DNA of 61,447 nucleotides from Perkinsus olseni (Eukaryota): NCBI GenBank assembly GCA_013115125.1, contig JABANN010000149.1, positions 1 to 61,447 of the forward strand, read 5' to 3'. Shown piece by piece: positions 13,926 to 28,206 of this stretch (position 1 is its first letter; each line of letters starts with the position of its first letter). The notes under the pieces were generated by a model. It saw only the letters and a program-made list of their open reading frames with translations, ran no database searches and was not told where the DNA came from. The position numbers and the translations under genes were made by a program.

Positions 13926-16900
13926 ATGAGGCTCCTTTACTTCATAAACTGGTCATTCGCGCTATGCTACTCGTCGGTGGTGTCGGCTGAGGGAGCTACT
14001 GTGTCCTTGCCGGACTTCAGCTGCTACCATTCGGAACTTCGGAGCGTGGACCATCTACAGATCAATGCCGCCTTGGTCGAACGCTTGTCCAACGCCGTGG
14101 AAACATGCGAAATTGCTCGCTTATCAGCTGCAGTCAGGGTTGCGATTTGGAACCTACGAGAACTGGCGCTAGCGTGCCAAATACCAACTTTTAGGCGGAT
14201 CACGCATTGCCCAGCGGAGATTGGTGACCACTTCGCCGTGATACCGCATGTGACCTCCGCAGTCGACGAAGCCTTCATTGCTGCCGTGACGACGCCTCCC
14301 GGGACCGGCCATGGTGGGGTCTATTCTGGCTTCCGGGTTCACTTGTTTTTAAGAGGGGCTGCCGAATGGATGATTTTCACTCTGCTTGACCGATTTCGTA
14401 GTGAGTTGATCGACCTGGGCACTCACCTAGAATTCACTTATGGCGGCGGGACTATCGATTTGGGTACCCTGGTCGTTGGGTCCAGCATGGGAGAACATCA
14501 TGTGCTCGTCAAAGGGTCGTGTGACGGCTTTATTGCCAGCAGCAGATGGCAGCAATTACGATCAGCCACTGTCGAGGCAGCTCAGTTCGTCGCGAAGATC
14601 CTCACCGAGGACTGGGCAGATAGGGTTGAATTTTCGCATCGCTCCGCCGTTCTCGACCTCGTGTATCGGGATGCATTCGCCACCGCTGCTAGGCTGGCTG
14701 ATGCGATTTTCGTGGAGTTCGGCGACGGTCCTGGTCATGAGGCTTGCTACAAGGAGTGCCTCCTCGGCACAGTAGCTATGAACCTACTCAGAAGCGTCCC
14801 CTTCGCAGTGCTCGATAAGGAGGCCTGGCTGGAGCGCTTCCTTGTGGCAGCAATGGCCATGCAGACGCAGACGTCCATGGTCGCCAGTATGGCCGATGAC
14901 GAGTTCTGGCCGACCTTTGTATTCTGGCATCTGTTACTCAGATTGAAGAGTCCTAAGGAGTATCCTCGCACGCCTTCACCAAACCCTGCTTTCTTATCAT
15001 TTCTGGCCGCGCCTTTCCCGAGAGACATGGCGGCTCTTACGGATCCTACAGTGCTATTTGAGCAAGCGTATCTCAGTGTGCATGGTTCTGAGGGGCGACG
15101 GATCCTCACTGATGCGGAGCGACTTGATATCATGGATGCAGTGCAGACGGTTGCAAGTATGACTGAAGGTATGCCGGAAGATTCTCTTCTTTACGTTACT
15201 GTTGGCCGTGGTAGGCATCTGCATAAGGTAGGTCCCAGGGGCTCTCGACTGCATTACTTTCTCTGAGACTTTCTCAGTAAAATTGATAGAGTCGACTGAC
15301 AGTCTGTCAGGACCCTCTTGACGGCTTAAGACTCGCTGCGGTTGGTAACGATACTGTCTCTCAGGTGCTGCCTCGATGGCTACACATCATACCACAGCAG
15401 CATCCAGTATTGGTATACACGGTGGACGCTATCAGCCATCGTCATTGTAACGATGCCCGATCACAAGGCCTCGGAGTAGCCTGTCTGGCAGCACCAGAGG
15501 GATCCACTGTCCAGGTGGCCAAGTGAGTTGGGCTCACTTCTCGAGAGAGGGTTCCGTCGGATCGGTTAGAATGAGAGCTTCGAATACTCCTACTCCTCGA
15601 CCATTCACCTCGACAGGCAACCTAGACTGGGGCGCCCTAGTAGAGTTCATCGTGTGGGTATTCATCGTAGCCTGCAGCCGAAGCGTACGGTAATCATATG
15701 CACGCTAAATGCTCGTCGCGTTACGATAAGCATTCAGTGTGCAGTAGTGTTCTCCGCGGGATGCATTGCCGCGGGGCAAGGTTATTGCCTGTCTTCTCAA
15801 TATGAACTAGCGAAGGATCCTCCCTTCAAGTGCCAACGCGAGCGGCATGCCGAGGATGCTCAGTTGGTAGGCATTCAGCTGTCCTGAGTTCGGCGGCGAT
15901 GAGATGTCGCATTCGGTGGAGGTCGAGTAGCAGCTCGACGGAGTGTGCAACTAGAAGACTAGATCTGCTGACTCGTCCACCTGTGCTCATTGCATCCAGT
16001 ACTTGGACACTTCCCAAACAGGTACGCAATTCTCGCTCTCCTCTGTGCTTGTGGCGTTCCGACCGTCTTTCTCGACCTCAAACAAGCTTTGCTGCGCGAT
16101 CCCAGCCCTTCTATCATCGCCGTGAAAGCATACGACATGGCTTTCAGTTCCTATTTACTCAGTGACTCACTTAATCCCACCATCATGTAGGGCCTCTGAT
16201 TGGCCGCTGGTGACGCTCAACAGCGTCTCTGGCAGATACAGTCGCCCCTCGACGCAGACTTGCAGTGTAAATCGAGACATGCTTCAGTGGATCTGGGAAT
16301 CCCCATTTGCTGATGATAGGGACGGGCTGAATGCGATGGCCGGTCACACTCCTAGGGATCAGTTTATTAAGAACTATCGAGACGGCCAAGTGTAGTGATG
16401 CCTCGAACGGTCCCTCACCGGTAAACCCTGGCCACAAGGTTGTCCTTCGCGACGCGGCATAAGAGTGCAAGAAGCCGGCTCAACTTCACTGTGCTGAACA
16501 GTCGTCGTGAATACGCCTCCGGTGACGGATGGATAGCTTTCGACAGCGATGATCGTGATATTGGTAGACCCGACTGCACTTCTGCTTCATACATGATGAG
16601 CCGTCCTAGGTGACCTCATCTCCATGAGCTTCTGGAGTCTGGAAGATACTCGACACGGCGTTACAGAAGATACTCTCTTCGAAGTCTTCTATGCTAACAA
16701 CTGCTCTAATGGTAAACCTGGGGATTTTCCCGACTCCCGTAACTGCAACCCGGTCTCCGTCTAAGGCATGCCCGCCGACCAGCACCAGCACCATCATGAC
16801 CGTAATGGTCGTCTTCCCTCCTCCAGAGAGCCTCCCGTCGGGGTGTCTATCGTCCGAGGCCATAGACGTCATCAATGGCTATCGTCGAGTTCCTAAATGG

Positions 16901-18236
16901 GTCGAGGAGGATGAGGAAACCCCTGGCGAACAGCTGGCGTCCTCGAGATTGGTCTCTGTGAGCTACGCCGAGGGATGTTGTGAAAAGTCCAAGGAAAGGA
17001 ATCGACACAGTGCTTATGATAATGACATAGATGAGGTAATCAGCGACCCATAATATTCATCATCCGTATATGCTGCCGTAACTCTTGCGAACAGTCGCGC
17101 CGGAAGTCGTTGACTCCGTGATTTTTCATGATCTTTTAAACTCGCTTTGACTGTATAGAGTGTCTCATAAACACGCGTCTTGGAGGGACCCTTATTCGTA
17201 AGTGGTTTAAAGGTTTCGAAAGCCCACGGGAAGGGCACTAAGAGTTGAGAATGAATCTCATCGAAGAGCTAGGATGTGGTCTGCCGCTGAATGGATCCGT
17301 GGGCCACTACCCCCGACTATCAGAAGAGGAGTGCATGAAATCGACCTTAGTGGAGGAGAGTAGATGTTGCTGTGAACGCGCGCATCGTGTGCCAATCGTC
17401 GTGCCAAACTGCATAGTGTGTCGCCGTTAGGGCAAACTGCGTAACAACGTGATTTCAGGTGAGGATGTATAATTGGTCTACTCTCGATGCGGATTGGCGT
17501 GATCGCAACTCGGCAATTCTATCGCTCCCTCGTGGGGCCGGCTACTGGATGTGGAAGCCGTGAGAATTTACCCACTATCAGCCCCACGGATACACTCAGC
17601 CATACAGGTTCGTCATTTTGGATACTCTTCTTGACGAGTCACTGCCATGGTTCTCATCGGCTGTGTTATACCTCGATGCTGGTAACCATTATATAGCCAA
17701 TCCCCGCAGCCTGGGTAGGCCTACTGGATCGACCCTCGCTATTAACGACCTGCTTCAGTCGGCCGTGCCTTGCTGCACACCGACGTGGCCGCTCCTCTCT
17801 TGAAGTGCTGTCTGGAGAGTGATTGGGCCAAGCGAGACGCTATACGACTCCTTGCCCCAGTCGAGCCACCAGCAGTTGTCGACCGCCCACAGAACGCCGC
17901 CTACTTCCTTATTTTCAGGTCGGTCTTTCGCGCTCTCTAACCGGGTAGAGCCCTGCTTTTAGGAAAACACCGGTTGCGGTGGATTTTGTTCGGAGGTGGC
18001 TGCGGGCTTGTGAGGACTACCGCGTGAGTCTCATCCTGGGCGACTCGGCTGGAGCTTGATGGCCTCAGGTTGTGACCGATCACGACAATGTTGAAGGATA
18101 TCCAAATTACCCAACCTTCACTCGGCATGTTCACGACCAAACGGCATTCTCCATCTTATTCAAACTATCCGGCTTCACTTCGTTCGACCTCGATGAGGCA
18201 CATCGTGTGATGAACCTCTCTAGGTGGAGAGACTAG
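13926..18236 (+). CDS. Secreted/Golgi glycosyltransferase-like protein with two GT-A-like domains, multi-exon
   Basis: It has a signal peptide. Domain 1 reads YAILALLCACGVPTVFLDLKQALLRDP (nucleotide-diphospho-sugar transferase-like). Domain 2 reads RGAGYWMWKP|FVIL...VLYLDAG, WAKRDA and RHVHDQTAFSIL. Stop TAG is at 18234-18236. Exon joining was manual, and it could be two genes. Confidence 0.7.
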
Positions 18237-18499
18237 CACCACTCATGCACTATAACATCGTCTCTCACGTTGGCTCACCCGTCTTGTGTTTTCCTGGTGG
18301 GTGATTTGGGGTCATTCTTTCCTTCTCAGGAGTTTGACAAAGTGTCAAATGCCCCCGATTAATTTCCTAAAGCGAGCTTTCGCTCCGCCCTTCTTTTTCC
18401 TACTTCAACTAACGTCGAGTGCAGAGGACATCTCCCCTAAGTGAGAAGCACAACATTCTTTTTCCCACCGTGCCTCGTCATCGCCCGACATAACCGCCA

Positions 18500-20189
18500 C
18501 GCCGACATTTCGCATCCGTACAATATCCGACCTCTATGCTCGTGCGACGGCTGAACATGGCTGCTGCCCCTCACAAACGTGAGAGTCCTGGCCTTTCAGG
18601 GTATCATTGGCATCGCCTGTTGAAGGGTCGCAAACCCTAGCTCAAATACGGTAGCAGTACGCTGATTGATTGCTCCACATCGTGATAGTAGGTCATTACC
18701 CGACGAAGGCCTGACAAAGGAGACTGGCAACACCTCCGTTTCTGCTTCTCCTTCTGCTCCATCCCTGAACCCGTCACAGGTTTATCATGGCCTTCAGGCA
18801 AGCTCACCGCAGAGGCCGATTTCGTTATGGTCGTTGGCAGATACGGCGGCTGTCCGTGGACTCTCTGGCGTCCTTGCCCTACTCCGAGGAAAGAGTCTAC
18901 TCGGTAGTCACTCAGAGCGATGCGATCAAGGGGATTCGCAAGTAGGAGAGCCGAGGATTTCTCCTTCCAGCGGCGATTCCTCAGGTACATCATGAAGGGA
19001 GAGTACTTGCCTTGTGATTATGAGGGTTGCTTCCTCTACGCCTGTGGGTACTGCAAGAAGACCTCAGGCATTCTATGTGAGATCTGCTGGTGATGACGAG
19101 TCAGCTCGATGGGCGCTGTTGTTGCAGCCACAAGGACTTATACATGCCCTACGGTGACATTTAGTCGTGATGGGCAAAGGAGGACGGTGATGCGGACACT
19201 AGCAGGTGACTTCTGTGAGCTAGCGCCCAAAGAGAAGTAATGATCAACTTGCCATCTTGCACCTTAAGGGCTGATTGACCACTTCAGGTTGGATCATTTC
19301 GGAGACAGGACCTGCCCTAGTATCTTGAGTCTCGGAAAAAGTGAGTCATCCCGGGCACCAAATCTGCTAACGGCGAAAGCCTCGGCGTGAGGCAGACGTT
19401 TGTCACCATTGTTCGAGTGGATACAAATCCGATTTCGGTGACTAGTCTGCGTACGGCAAAATCAATTCCTCTCTCAAAACTTGCAGCTTGAAAATCGTAG
19501 GAAATTGATAACTGAGATAATTAGTTTGGCGTGAAATTATCCCTAGACGCTAGATGCATTGAGGGCATGTAAAATTTCGTCATCGGCTCACTGTTGAGAG
19601 GGTGGTGTCTAACTCTCATAATCCTGTACTAAAGCCTTTGCTGTTCGTAAGCGTGCAATCAGTCGGACGGACGGCTAGTTCATGTAAAGATAAATCCTGC
19701 AGGCATTCCACCTGCCCAGCAATACTCCGAGCGAACCGTGAAATGGAAGCCGTACAAGGGGTCCAACCCTCGGGTCATGTCTAAATTCCGAGCTGAGAAG
19801 GAGGATGATATGGCCGGAAAGCTACCTGTGTTGAAGGATGGTAGAGATTGAGTCACACATGGCTGCCCACTCGCCAGTCACTGTTCTCAGGCACTGTTGA
19901 TTGCACTCGGCTTCTTCTACACTTCGGTGTCGATGATTCGGCGCCTTCTCTCAATCCGATGCTTCATCCTGGTGGAGTGGGGGCATTTCCTTTTGCCGAC
20001 CCTGGATCGCCTTCCCCTCCGGGAACAGCGCCCCAGGCGACTGGAGAGAACCCACAAGCTGCGTCCTCGAATCTTCCGCTGGCGCAAACACGCGACGCTA
20101 TGCTCAATTCCAATTCGGTATTAACATGTTCTACTTCACATGCACTTCTCATTGGTGGTATCATCATCTGGATCTTGGCATTCATATGA
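18500..20189 (+). CDS. Hypothetical Cys-rich protein with a Pro-rich linker and hydrophobic C-terminus (possible GPI or TM anchor)
   Basis: Exon-like segments YGGCPWTLWRPCP and EYLPCDYEGCFLYACGYC, and a last exon ending HALLIGGIIIWILAFI*. Linkage between the exons is inferred. Confidence 0.4.
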
Positions 20190-20698
20190 CGACCAGGCCA
20201 ATGCCTGAACCTGAGCGCCTCAATGGGCGCAGGAGTGTTCGTTGTACGATTGCGGAGGCCTCAGTGTTGTAGTATAATCACAGGAGCATCTTCTCGACGA
20301 ATTTTGCAGCGGTATCATCGGATCCTGACTAGCTTGACCAATTGGCCCTTTGCAGCCGTCCATCTTAGAGTCCGTTCTAGAAATCCTTCAGAGAATTCCT
20401 CTGCAAGTAAGGGCCAAGTGTCTTCCCAACCTCCGGCAATTAACTATACTCCGGAGTGTACCAATAACGGCGGGAGTTGGTAAAATCGCCGCACAAGGTC
20501 ATGAACCCCCGTGACCGGTTTTCCCTGTGGCCGTATTGATTTTACTATAACCCAATGGACGAGAACCATCATCACCTACAGCTGAGTGCAGTCATTGCTA
20601 TCATGAGTTGAAGCTTTTCTAAGCACCTCCAACGGATTCAAGATGACCCGAGACTGGATCGATGATCGGAATGGCAGATCCTGACCGAGACTCTGAGG

Positions 20699-23481
20699 TT
20701 AACCCCCTCTGCACTTCCCAACGGTACTCTTTTCGGATTCCCCATGGCCGACATAATTGCCAATCTTGCACCATGATGCCCTCAGCGCCTCCTTAACACG
20801 AGGACCTGTCGAAGCTCCCTGGGATTTGATCTCATCCAGCACCTGCAGTGAGTTCAGCTCCCAGCTTGGGGTAGGTCCCCACCTTGCGACGGTAATCTGT
20901 ATGGACGGCAGTGACGGCACCAACGATGAGCAGGCAGATACCAATGAAGGCAATGAATGCGTGGATGATCCTGAAGAAAGGACAGAACTGATCGGGATAA
21001 TATTAGTTGGATATTCGCCTGAAGGCTTTGCTTTGATACCATTCCTCACAGAAGGATCTCACCTTTGAAGCATGCTAGGATGAATGGCGTCAGCTGCTGA
21101 AGCAGAATTCAGAGTAGAGTTGCTCTTACTAGCTACGTGAGACCTAACCACGCAGGAAGTGGCCGACCGAGACTCTGGAAGTCACTCAGGACGCCGAAGG
21201 ACACCATCTCACTTCGTTTCCAGAACCGAATGATAGTACATCGGTTGGAGATCGGGGTCAGTGAGAAAGACCTGAGTGAGGAACATCCCGTGCTGGATGG
21301 TAGCCGACGGCCGATGACACGGCTTGTGTGACACCGACAAGCTTGAATCAGCCGGTCTCACATAAAATGTTAAGCCCGTTTTTTCAGCTCACAGCATTCC
21401 GCGGCGTTTCCTAACCACCACTCAGGCTGACGAATGCGTCCATCTTTACGCTTGTAGGCGCGGAGCGGGAACAAAAATGGATTGCCGAACAAGCCTCGCC
21501 TCACTTTTGTGTCCAAGAGATCGTTCTTGGTATTGAAAAGTTCGGCTTCGTCTTGATCAGTTGCAAGGGGGGCAATCAGCGGGTCCGGTACCTGTTCCCA
21601 ACCAGCGTCCAGGCGTCCCGCGGCGGAAACGAACGCCAATCTGAATCAGTGGAAGCTCACCTGGTGCTTGCTGTGACCGTCCCTCAGTCCCCTTCGAGAT
21701 GCACTTTGCTCTAGAATAGAGCTCACGCGGTGATGAGGCTTCGATTTCCGGGTATGTTCATGGTGGGCCTTCAGAGAGACAGCGATAGTTCCGCGGTCCC
21801 GTCGGGAGCGACACTCACGGCCGGAGTATGGACTTTCCGGTTAGCGTGGTCTTCTCTCGGCTCATGTTTAACATGATGACTCGACCCGCTATGCTGGCAC
21901 AGGATTAGTTCGAGATGTGGTATGATAAGCAGGCCTGCCCACCTTGTGAGAATGCCTTTTCCCAGGTGTATCGGACTTCGGGAACTCCGTCTCCGCGTTC
22001 GAAGTGATTATGAAGAAGAGCCAAAGGGCAATCAGTACTGAAGAATAATCTCATAGCATAGAGAATTCATTGAGAGTATAGGCGAACCCACCGCATCGGC
22101 CTGAAGACTCAGCTAGGACGGAGAAGAACATGGTAAAAGGAGGTAATGGCTGAGCGATAATGATGACAAGAGCCACACAAACAGACGCTCTTGAGCTCAA
22201 CACGCCACTGCAACCAACGACCGGTATTTGCATGCAGCATTCGCATCCCCGAAAGCTGTTCCGTTTACTCATCCTGTTCCTGAACATAGATCAATCTCGC
22301 CACTCGATTTTGCTGTCCACCCCGGATCTACAATGCCGTATCTAGCGTTGTGTTCACATTGCTTCCTCCTCTCTTCACCATGCTCTTCCTCCTCGACCTC
22401 CTAACATTCAGCATGATGAATCAGGAAAGTGCTGCCAGAAGCGATTCTCACCGCCTTAAATTGAGCCTCGTTATCCTCGCCAGAACCACCGGCCTTCTGT
22501 AGGAAGGAATCCTGCCAAACCGCGACATTTCGAGCGGTCAATCCAGGCTGCTGCCTAACCTTATCATCATCCTGAGGGCATTTGATCCTTTTCCTGCGAG
22601 TAGCGTGCTTAGATGTGATCTCCGCCAGAGAAGTCTCGTCGGCTTTGTCGTCCTCTGACTGTTGATCTCCATCATCTTTAGCAAAGCTGGCCAACTCTTT
22701 TTTGAATCCAGCATACCAATCATCGAGGCCCTTCTGATAGTCGGAAGAGCTCTGCTCCTCCTTCTTCAGCGTGGAGTCGAGAGAAACAGCGAAAGTATCG
22801 TCAACGCCTCTCTTGGCGCCCTCCTGGATGAACGATGAACCGTCATCGCCGTCATTATCATCCTTCTTGTCATCTTCCTCGTCGAGACTTTTCTCTAGCG
22901 GCTCCTGAGCACGTCAATACAGAAGGCTGGGCAGCTGGCTGAGACGATTCGGATATTTACCAAGTCCTTCAGTTCTTTCTCGAATTGATTGTGGACCTGC
23001 TTCTCGACTAGAACGTCCTTCTTAAGCTTGGCCATGGCCTTACGGGTCTTAGTGCTCAGCTTGGCCAACACAGCCTGGGGCTAAAGAGACGAGGGTCGAA
23101 GGAGGTTACCCAACGGCGGCCAGGAGAGGAACACAGCCCAATTTGCCCAGTGTGAGTTAGACGAGATCGTAATGAGCATCCAACGCCTTACGTCTGGCTT
23201 GTTCCCTGAGATGGTTGGGTCCTACAAAAACAAATCGCTGGACTCCGACTTCGCCATCTGGTAGTCCTTTTACCTGATCTTCTTCGTCGTCAACATCATG
23301 ATGATGACGATGAGAATGCCTGAAGCGAGTATGATGCTGATGATGATGACGGCCTTGAGTCTCCATAAGGGCAGCCTCGGTCAGAGCGGCACCTGAGATA
23401 CGGTCGTCTAGTCCCTCACTAGAAAGTCGCAGCAGATGTCGTCTTACCGGCAAGCACAGATAGTACGATGATGAAGTGCAT
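20699..23481 (-). CDS. Hypothetical secreted acidic, His-rich protein (one or two genes)
   Basis: Signal-peptide-like MHFIIVLSVLAG from 23481, a His-rich tract, D/E/K-rich exons with SFIQ/SFLQ motifs, and GT-AG introns. The 3' extent is uncertain. Confidence 0.5.
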
Positions 23482-23845
23482 CTTGGAGTAGTTGGTAATG
23501 TTCAAAATTAAAGGAGTAGTAGCTAAAACAACGGTGAATTCGCATAGAAGCAACTCCAGGCTGATCGCTCTGTGATCATGCGCTGTGCAGAAGCGCGCGC
23601 CCAGCTGATCGATAATCTCGTGCTGCTCGTCGTCGTAGAGTCGTTGCAGCGCATCTTGTGTGGTAACTAGCTTCGCCACCGATTGACTATTTCTCGCACC
23701 GCTTGCCTTTGGGTCGTCGGAAGGAGGCAATCTGCTGACAGATCGCGCTGTAGGCTCTGAGGCAGTCGCCGTCACTGCTGCTTGTCGCCGGATGGGACGC
23801 CATGAACAATTGCAGTTAGTGGATTATTTATATAAGGAACTCTGG

Positions 23846-25813
23846 ATGCCCTCTTCTAATAAGGACTTCGACGTCATCGTCTTCGGCGCTAGCGGCTATG
23901 CTGGTGCTTTCGTTGCGAAGGAAATGGCCGCCTTATGTGAAAAGAATAATCTAAAGTTTGGCATGGCCGGGAGGAACTCTGAGAGAATTATTAAGGTAAT
24001 GGTCAGCATTCGAATCATCCGTACTTTTCTACGATCGCTGTTGTTCATCAGGAGGTGCAAGCCCGTGGTGGTGCTCCTCGTAAGGATCAGATCGTCGTGG
24101 CGGATGTTTCCAATTCCGAGTCGATCAAAAAGATGGCCCAGCGTGAGTTAACGGAAGTCAGTTTTCTTCCCGAGACGCCACAATGCTCTTGCAGGCACTC
24201 GACTGGTGATGAATTGTGTGGGTCCTTATCGCCATTTTGGCGAGGCTGTTGTCTCCGCGTGCGCTGAGGTTGGCACGGATTACATGGACCTTTGCGGCGA
24301 GCCTGAGTTCATCGAGAAGATGCAACTGAAGTAAGATGGGAGGGCCCGTCAAGACAGCTCTACTCTGCTACACTACAATCAGGTACACGGAGACAGCCAA
24401 GAGCAGCGGTGCCATTGTTATAAACGCTTGTGCTTTCGACTCCGTCCCGGCCGACCTTGGCTTCCAGCTCATGAGGGATAGACTAGCGAGAGACGGAGGG
24501 GTAATGAGGGGCATCTTGGCATTGGTCAGAGCGGAAGATCCTCTCTGTTAGGTTCCGGTATCTATCGAGAGCTTCCTCAGGAATCTTTACGGACCCAAGG
24601 GGTACGTTGGACACTATGCTACGTAATACTAGTCGTCATTCCTAATTTCGTGGCGCGCGAGAAATTGATGATGTGGTTCAGATATGAATGTGCCGTATAC
24701 GGCATGGGTTCCGTTGGGGAGCTGCGTGCTGTGCGGAAGAGCTTGCAAAGCCAAGGTAAGGTCGATTTTCCCGCCCATTGTCACTCGGTGCTGCTGCCGT
24801 GTAGTATCACCACCGCGAGAGTGGTCACTCGAATACTCCCCTTGTTTTTCTACGCACTGCTGCCATCAGGTATGAAGCCGAAGTTGAACCGTGTTGGACC
24901 GGCGCTCAAGCATCATCCGGGATTCTTCCAGGACGATCGCGTCCCTGGCATGCTCTGTATGAACTTCCTTGGAAGTGATCGATCGGTCGTCCAGCGTAGG
25001 TCCAGTCGTCCCACGCGACTCACTAGCTACTCCTTCCTCTACCAGGTACTCAGGATATGCAGACTCTCGCCGACAGCACCTATCAGGGCTTCTATCATAA
25101 CTGTTACCTCGCTGTGAGTTCGGTTATTGATCCAGTCCTGGATCCTCTGTGACTCTGTCTGTTCAAACAGGTCCAAAATACGCTCACTAATAAGCTCGCC
25201 TTCATCATCTTCGGTGGCCTCGTGAATTTCCTCTGCAAATACACTTGGGGCCGCGATTTGCTGCTGAAGTGAGTCACCGGGCCTCCTGTCGCCACGGTGG
25301 TCAGGAGTTCTCCATTCCAGGTACCCCAAGCTGTTCACTTTTGGATACTTCTCGCATGAAGGATCGACTATGGAACAGTTGGAGGAAGCCGGGTAGTGAC
25401 GGGAGCCTCTGCCTGCTGTCTTCACTCATCGTCTTGGTGATAGGTACCGGATAGAGTTCTTCGGGAAGGGGTTCTCTAGTAGGAAGGCTCAGGAGGAGCA
25501 CCCGGACAAGCCAGATGTGGAGATCAAGGCCAGCGTCAGTGGTCCGGATCCGGGCTACATCGCCACCAGCAGAATGTTCTCTCAGCTCGCTTTGGTAAGT
25601 TATAGCCGACGTGGTCTCTGGGGTTCGAACCCGGGAGCTTGCGCTACGCAGGTCGTACTCGTAACTGCGCAGGTATTGTTGACGATGAGAGACACCGTTG
25701 CCGTGAAGGAGGGTGGCGTGTATACTGCCGCGAGAGTGTTCAGAGGAACCCAGGCTGCGAAGAGGCTCACCGAGGACGGCTGTGCTGTATTCAGCGATGA
25801 AATACTGGCCTAA
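23846..25813 (+). CDS. SCCPDH: Saccharopine dehydrogenase-like oxidoreductase, copy 1
   Basis: FDVIVFGASGYAG, AGRN, NCVGPYRHFGE, DYMDLCGE, ACAFDSVPADLG, GPDPGYIATS and GGVYTAA across GT-AG exons. Confidence 0.92.
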
Positions 25814-25981
25814 TGTCTGTCGTGACATGAGATGGGATTTTCCCGGAGCACCATCCGAGTCAGCCAATATTGAATGTTTTTATTCACCCTTTTCTACTAG
25901 ATGCTATTACAGGCCAGTTTAATCGCAATTGAGCCTCGAGTTCGGGCACTTCGGAACTCTCTGGTAGTATTGATTTGTTGA

Positions 25982-28206
25982 ATGACATCGCCATCATCAC
26001 CCGAGAGAACCGAGGCCGTCCAATCGGCTGTCCGTGATCGTCGTCATCGTGGAGTCGGTGATCGAGATTTCGATGTGGTTGTTTTTGGCTGCACAGGGTT
26101 TGTGGGCAAGCTAGTGCTCGAGAAGATGTACCGATATGCCAAACCTGCTGGCTTGAGGGTTGCTGCTGCGGGTAGAGACGAGGACAAGGTCAAACAGGTA
26201 AAATCTCATCCTTGACAGCGAGTGGTCGTGGGTTCGATTCCTCGTCGAAGCATTATATCTTCTCTGCCCATTTCCAGGTTTTGGAGCTCCTCGATCTGGA
26301 GAGTAAAGTCGGTTATATCATTGCTGGGATCTACGATATGGATTCGGTCACAGCTATGGTTAAGAGTAAGCATTGGTCACGGACCAGTGAGCCAAGGGTC
26401 ATCTCGCCTCTATTCAGATACCCGCCTTGTTCTCAATTGTGTGGGTCCTTATGCTCTTTACGGCGAGCCAGTTGTAGCGGCCTGCGCTGAGCAGGGCACG
26501 GACTACATGGACCTGTCAGGAGAGGTCCACTTCATCGAAAAGATGCAGCTGAAGTAGTGATACTGAGTGGGGCGATGCGATTCTTCAAGTTGGGATTATT
26601 TGCGTGGAACGCTGGCATTTTCCGGTCGTTGACTCAACGACGTTGAGCTCTGGCACGCGCGTTGGTCGAGGTTGGAGGTTGTTTTTTGCGCAGGTATACT
26701 GAGAAAGCCAGGAAATCGGGTGCGATGATAATGTCTGCCTGTGCTTGGGACTCCGTTCCGGAAGATCTCGGCTTTCAGCTTGTGAGAGACAAAATGGTTA
26801 AACAGGGAATGGTAAGGAACCCTGATTCCCTCGCTGCTTCATGATTCACCCGTATTAGATACCCTATTCTATCGATGGCTTTGTGGACGTCCTCCCGGGT
26901 CCCTTTGGATATCGGGCCAACTTCGGAACGTAGCAATCAGCGTGTGGTCGATGCTCACTATTTGAGCTGGATTATGTTGTGAGTAGATACGAGAGTGCAG
27001 TGCTGGCTATGTCCTCCTTCAAGCAGTTCATCAAAATCAGGAAGGCACTGCGATCCAAGGGTAAGCCTACTGAGGTTCCAATAGGTTCTTTAGGCTGTTA
27101 AGGATTTCGGTCAACTCCATAGTCGGATCCGACCGCCATCTAGCTATGGTGCTGAACACCGCAGTTCGTCGGTGTGCAATTTTCCAAGACTAAATTTAAT
27201 TCTCCGTGACCCTAACGGTTTCTTCCGTCGATTATTCCTCTCCAGGCCTGGCACCTAAGCTCAATAGGCGTGGTCCTTCGCCTGTGGTACCCCGCAAGTA
27301 CCTGCCCGTCCTCTTCGATTCTAGAGTATCCGGCGTCTACATACCATTCCTTGGCACAGATCCTCATGTCATCAAACGTGAGCGCCTCCCGCCCTAGTTG
27401 CCCTCACCTATCGTCGATCGTCTTCAGGCTCACAACAGATGCTGAGTCTCTCGGATCCGGAATACATCGGTGTTCGATCCGCTTGCTACTTCAAGGTAAG
27501 CTACCCGCTCCCGCAGATAACCGAATGTGAGCCCTGTGTTTAGTTACCCAATGGTATTCTGCCCAAACTGGGCTACCTTTTCTACGGACTTCTGGTATTC
27601 CTATTCTCACTTTTCGAGGTCGGACGCAAGCTGCTTCTCAAGTAGGTCTGCTAGACCGCCAGCTTCGCTTTCGTCACTCTTCACCGTCAGTTTTCCTGAG
27701 TCCTTCACTCACGGCATGTTCAGCCACCGCGGCCCAAGCAAGGATCAGATGGATACCACTGAGTACTGCGATACTGCATCTCCTAACCCTTTGTCCCTGA
27801 GGACTACGGATCTCCTTCCTCTCTCATCTCCGTGTGTTCAGGTATAAAATCGATTTGTTCGGCCGGGGCTATTCTGACGAGAAGGCCCTGGAAGCCAACC
27901 CTAATAAGCCAGACGCGGAGGTCAGGGCCACTGTCACTGGTCCTGATCCGGGCTACAACGCTACCAGTGGAATCTTTACTACTCTCGCAATGGTGAGCTT
28001 CTATTAGAGATGGCTGTTGCCTTCCGCTTCAGAGCATTTGAGTCAACGAAACGGATGCCTGTCAGGTTCTTTTGACGGAGAGAGAGTCTCTGGGGACGAA
28101 GAAGGGTGGCGTGTATACTCCTGCGGCGGTGTTCAGAGGCAGCACCGCGGCCAAACGCCTCACAGAGGAAGGCTACGCTGCTTTCAGTGCAAATTTGCTT
28201 GAGTGA
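25982..28206 (+). CDS. SCCPDH: Saccharopine dehydrogenase-like oxidoreductase, copy 2
   Basis: FDVVVFGCTGFVG, NCVGPYALYGE, DYMDLSGE, CAWDSVPEDLG, GPDPGYNATS and GGVYTPA. Intron positions are shared with copy 1. Confidence 0.92.
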
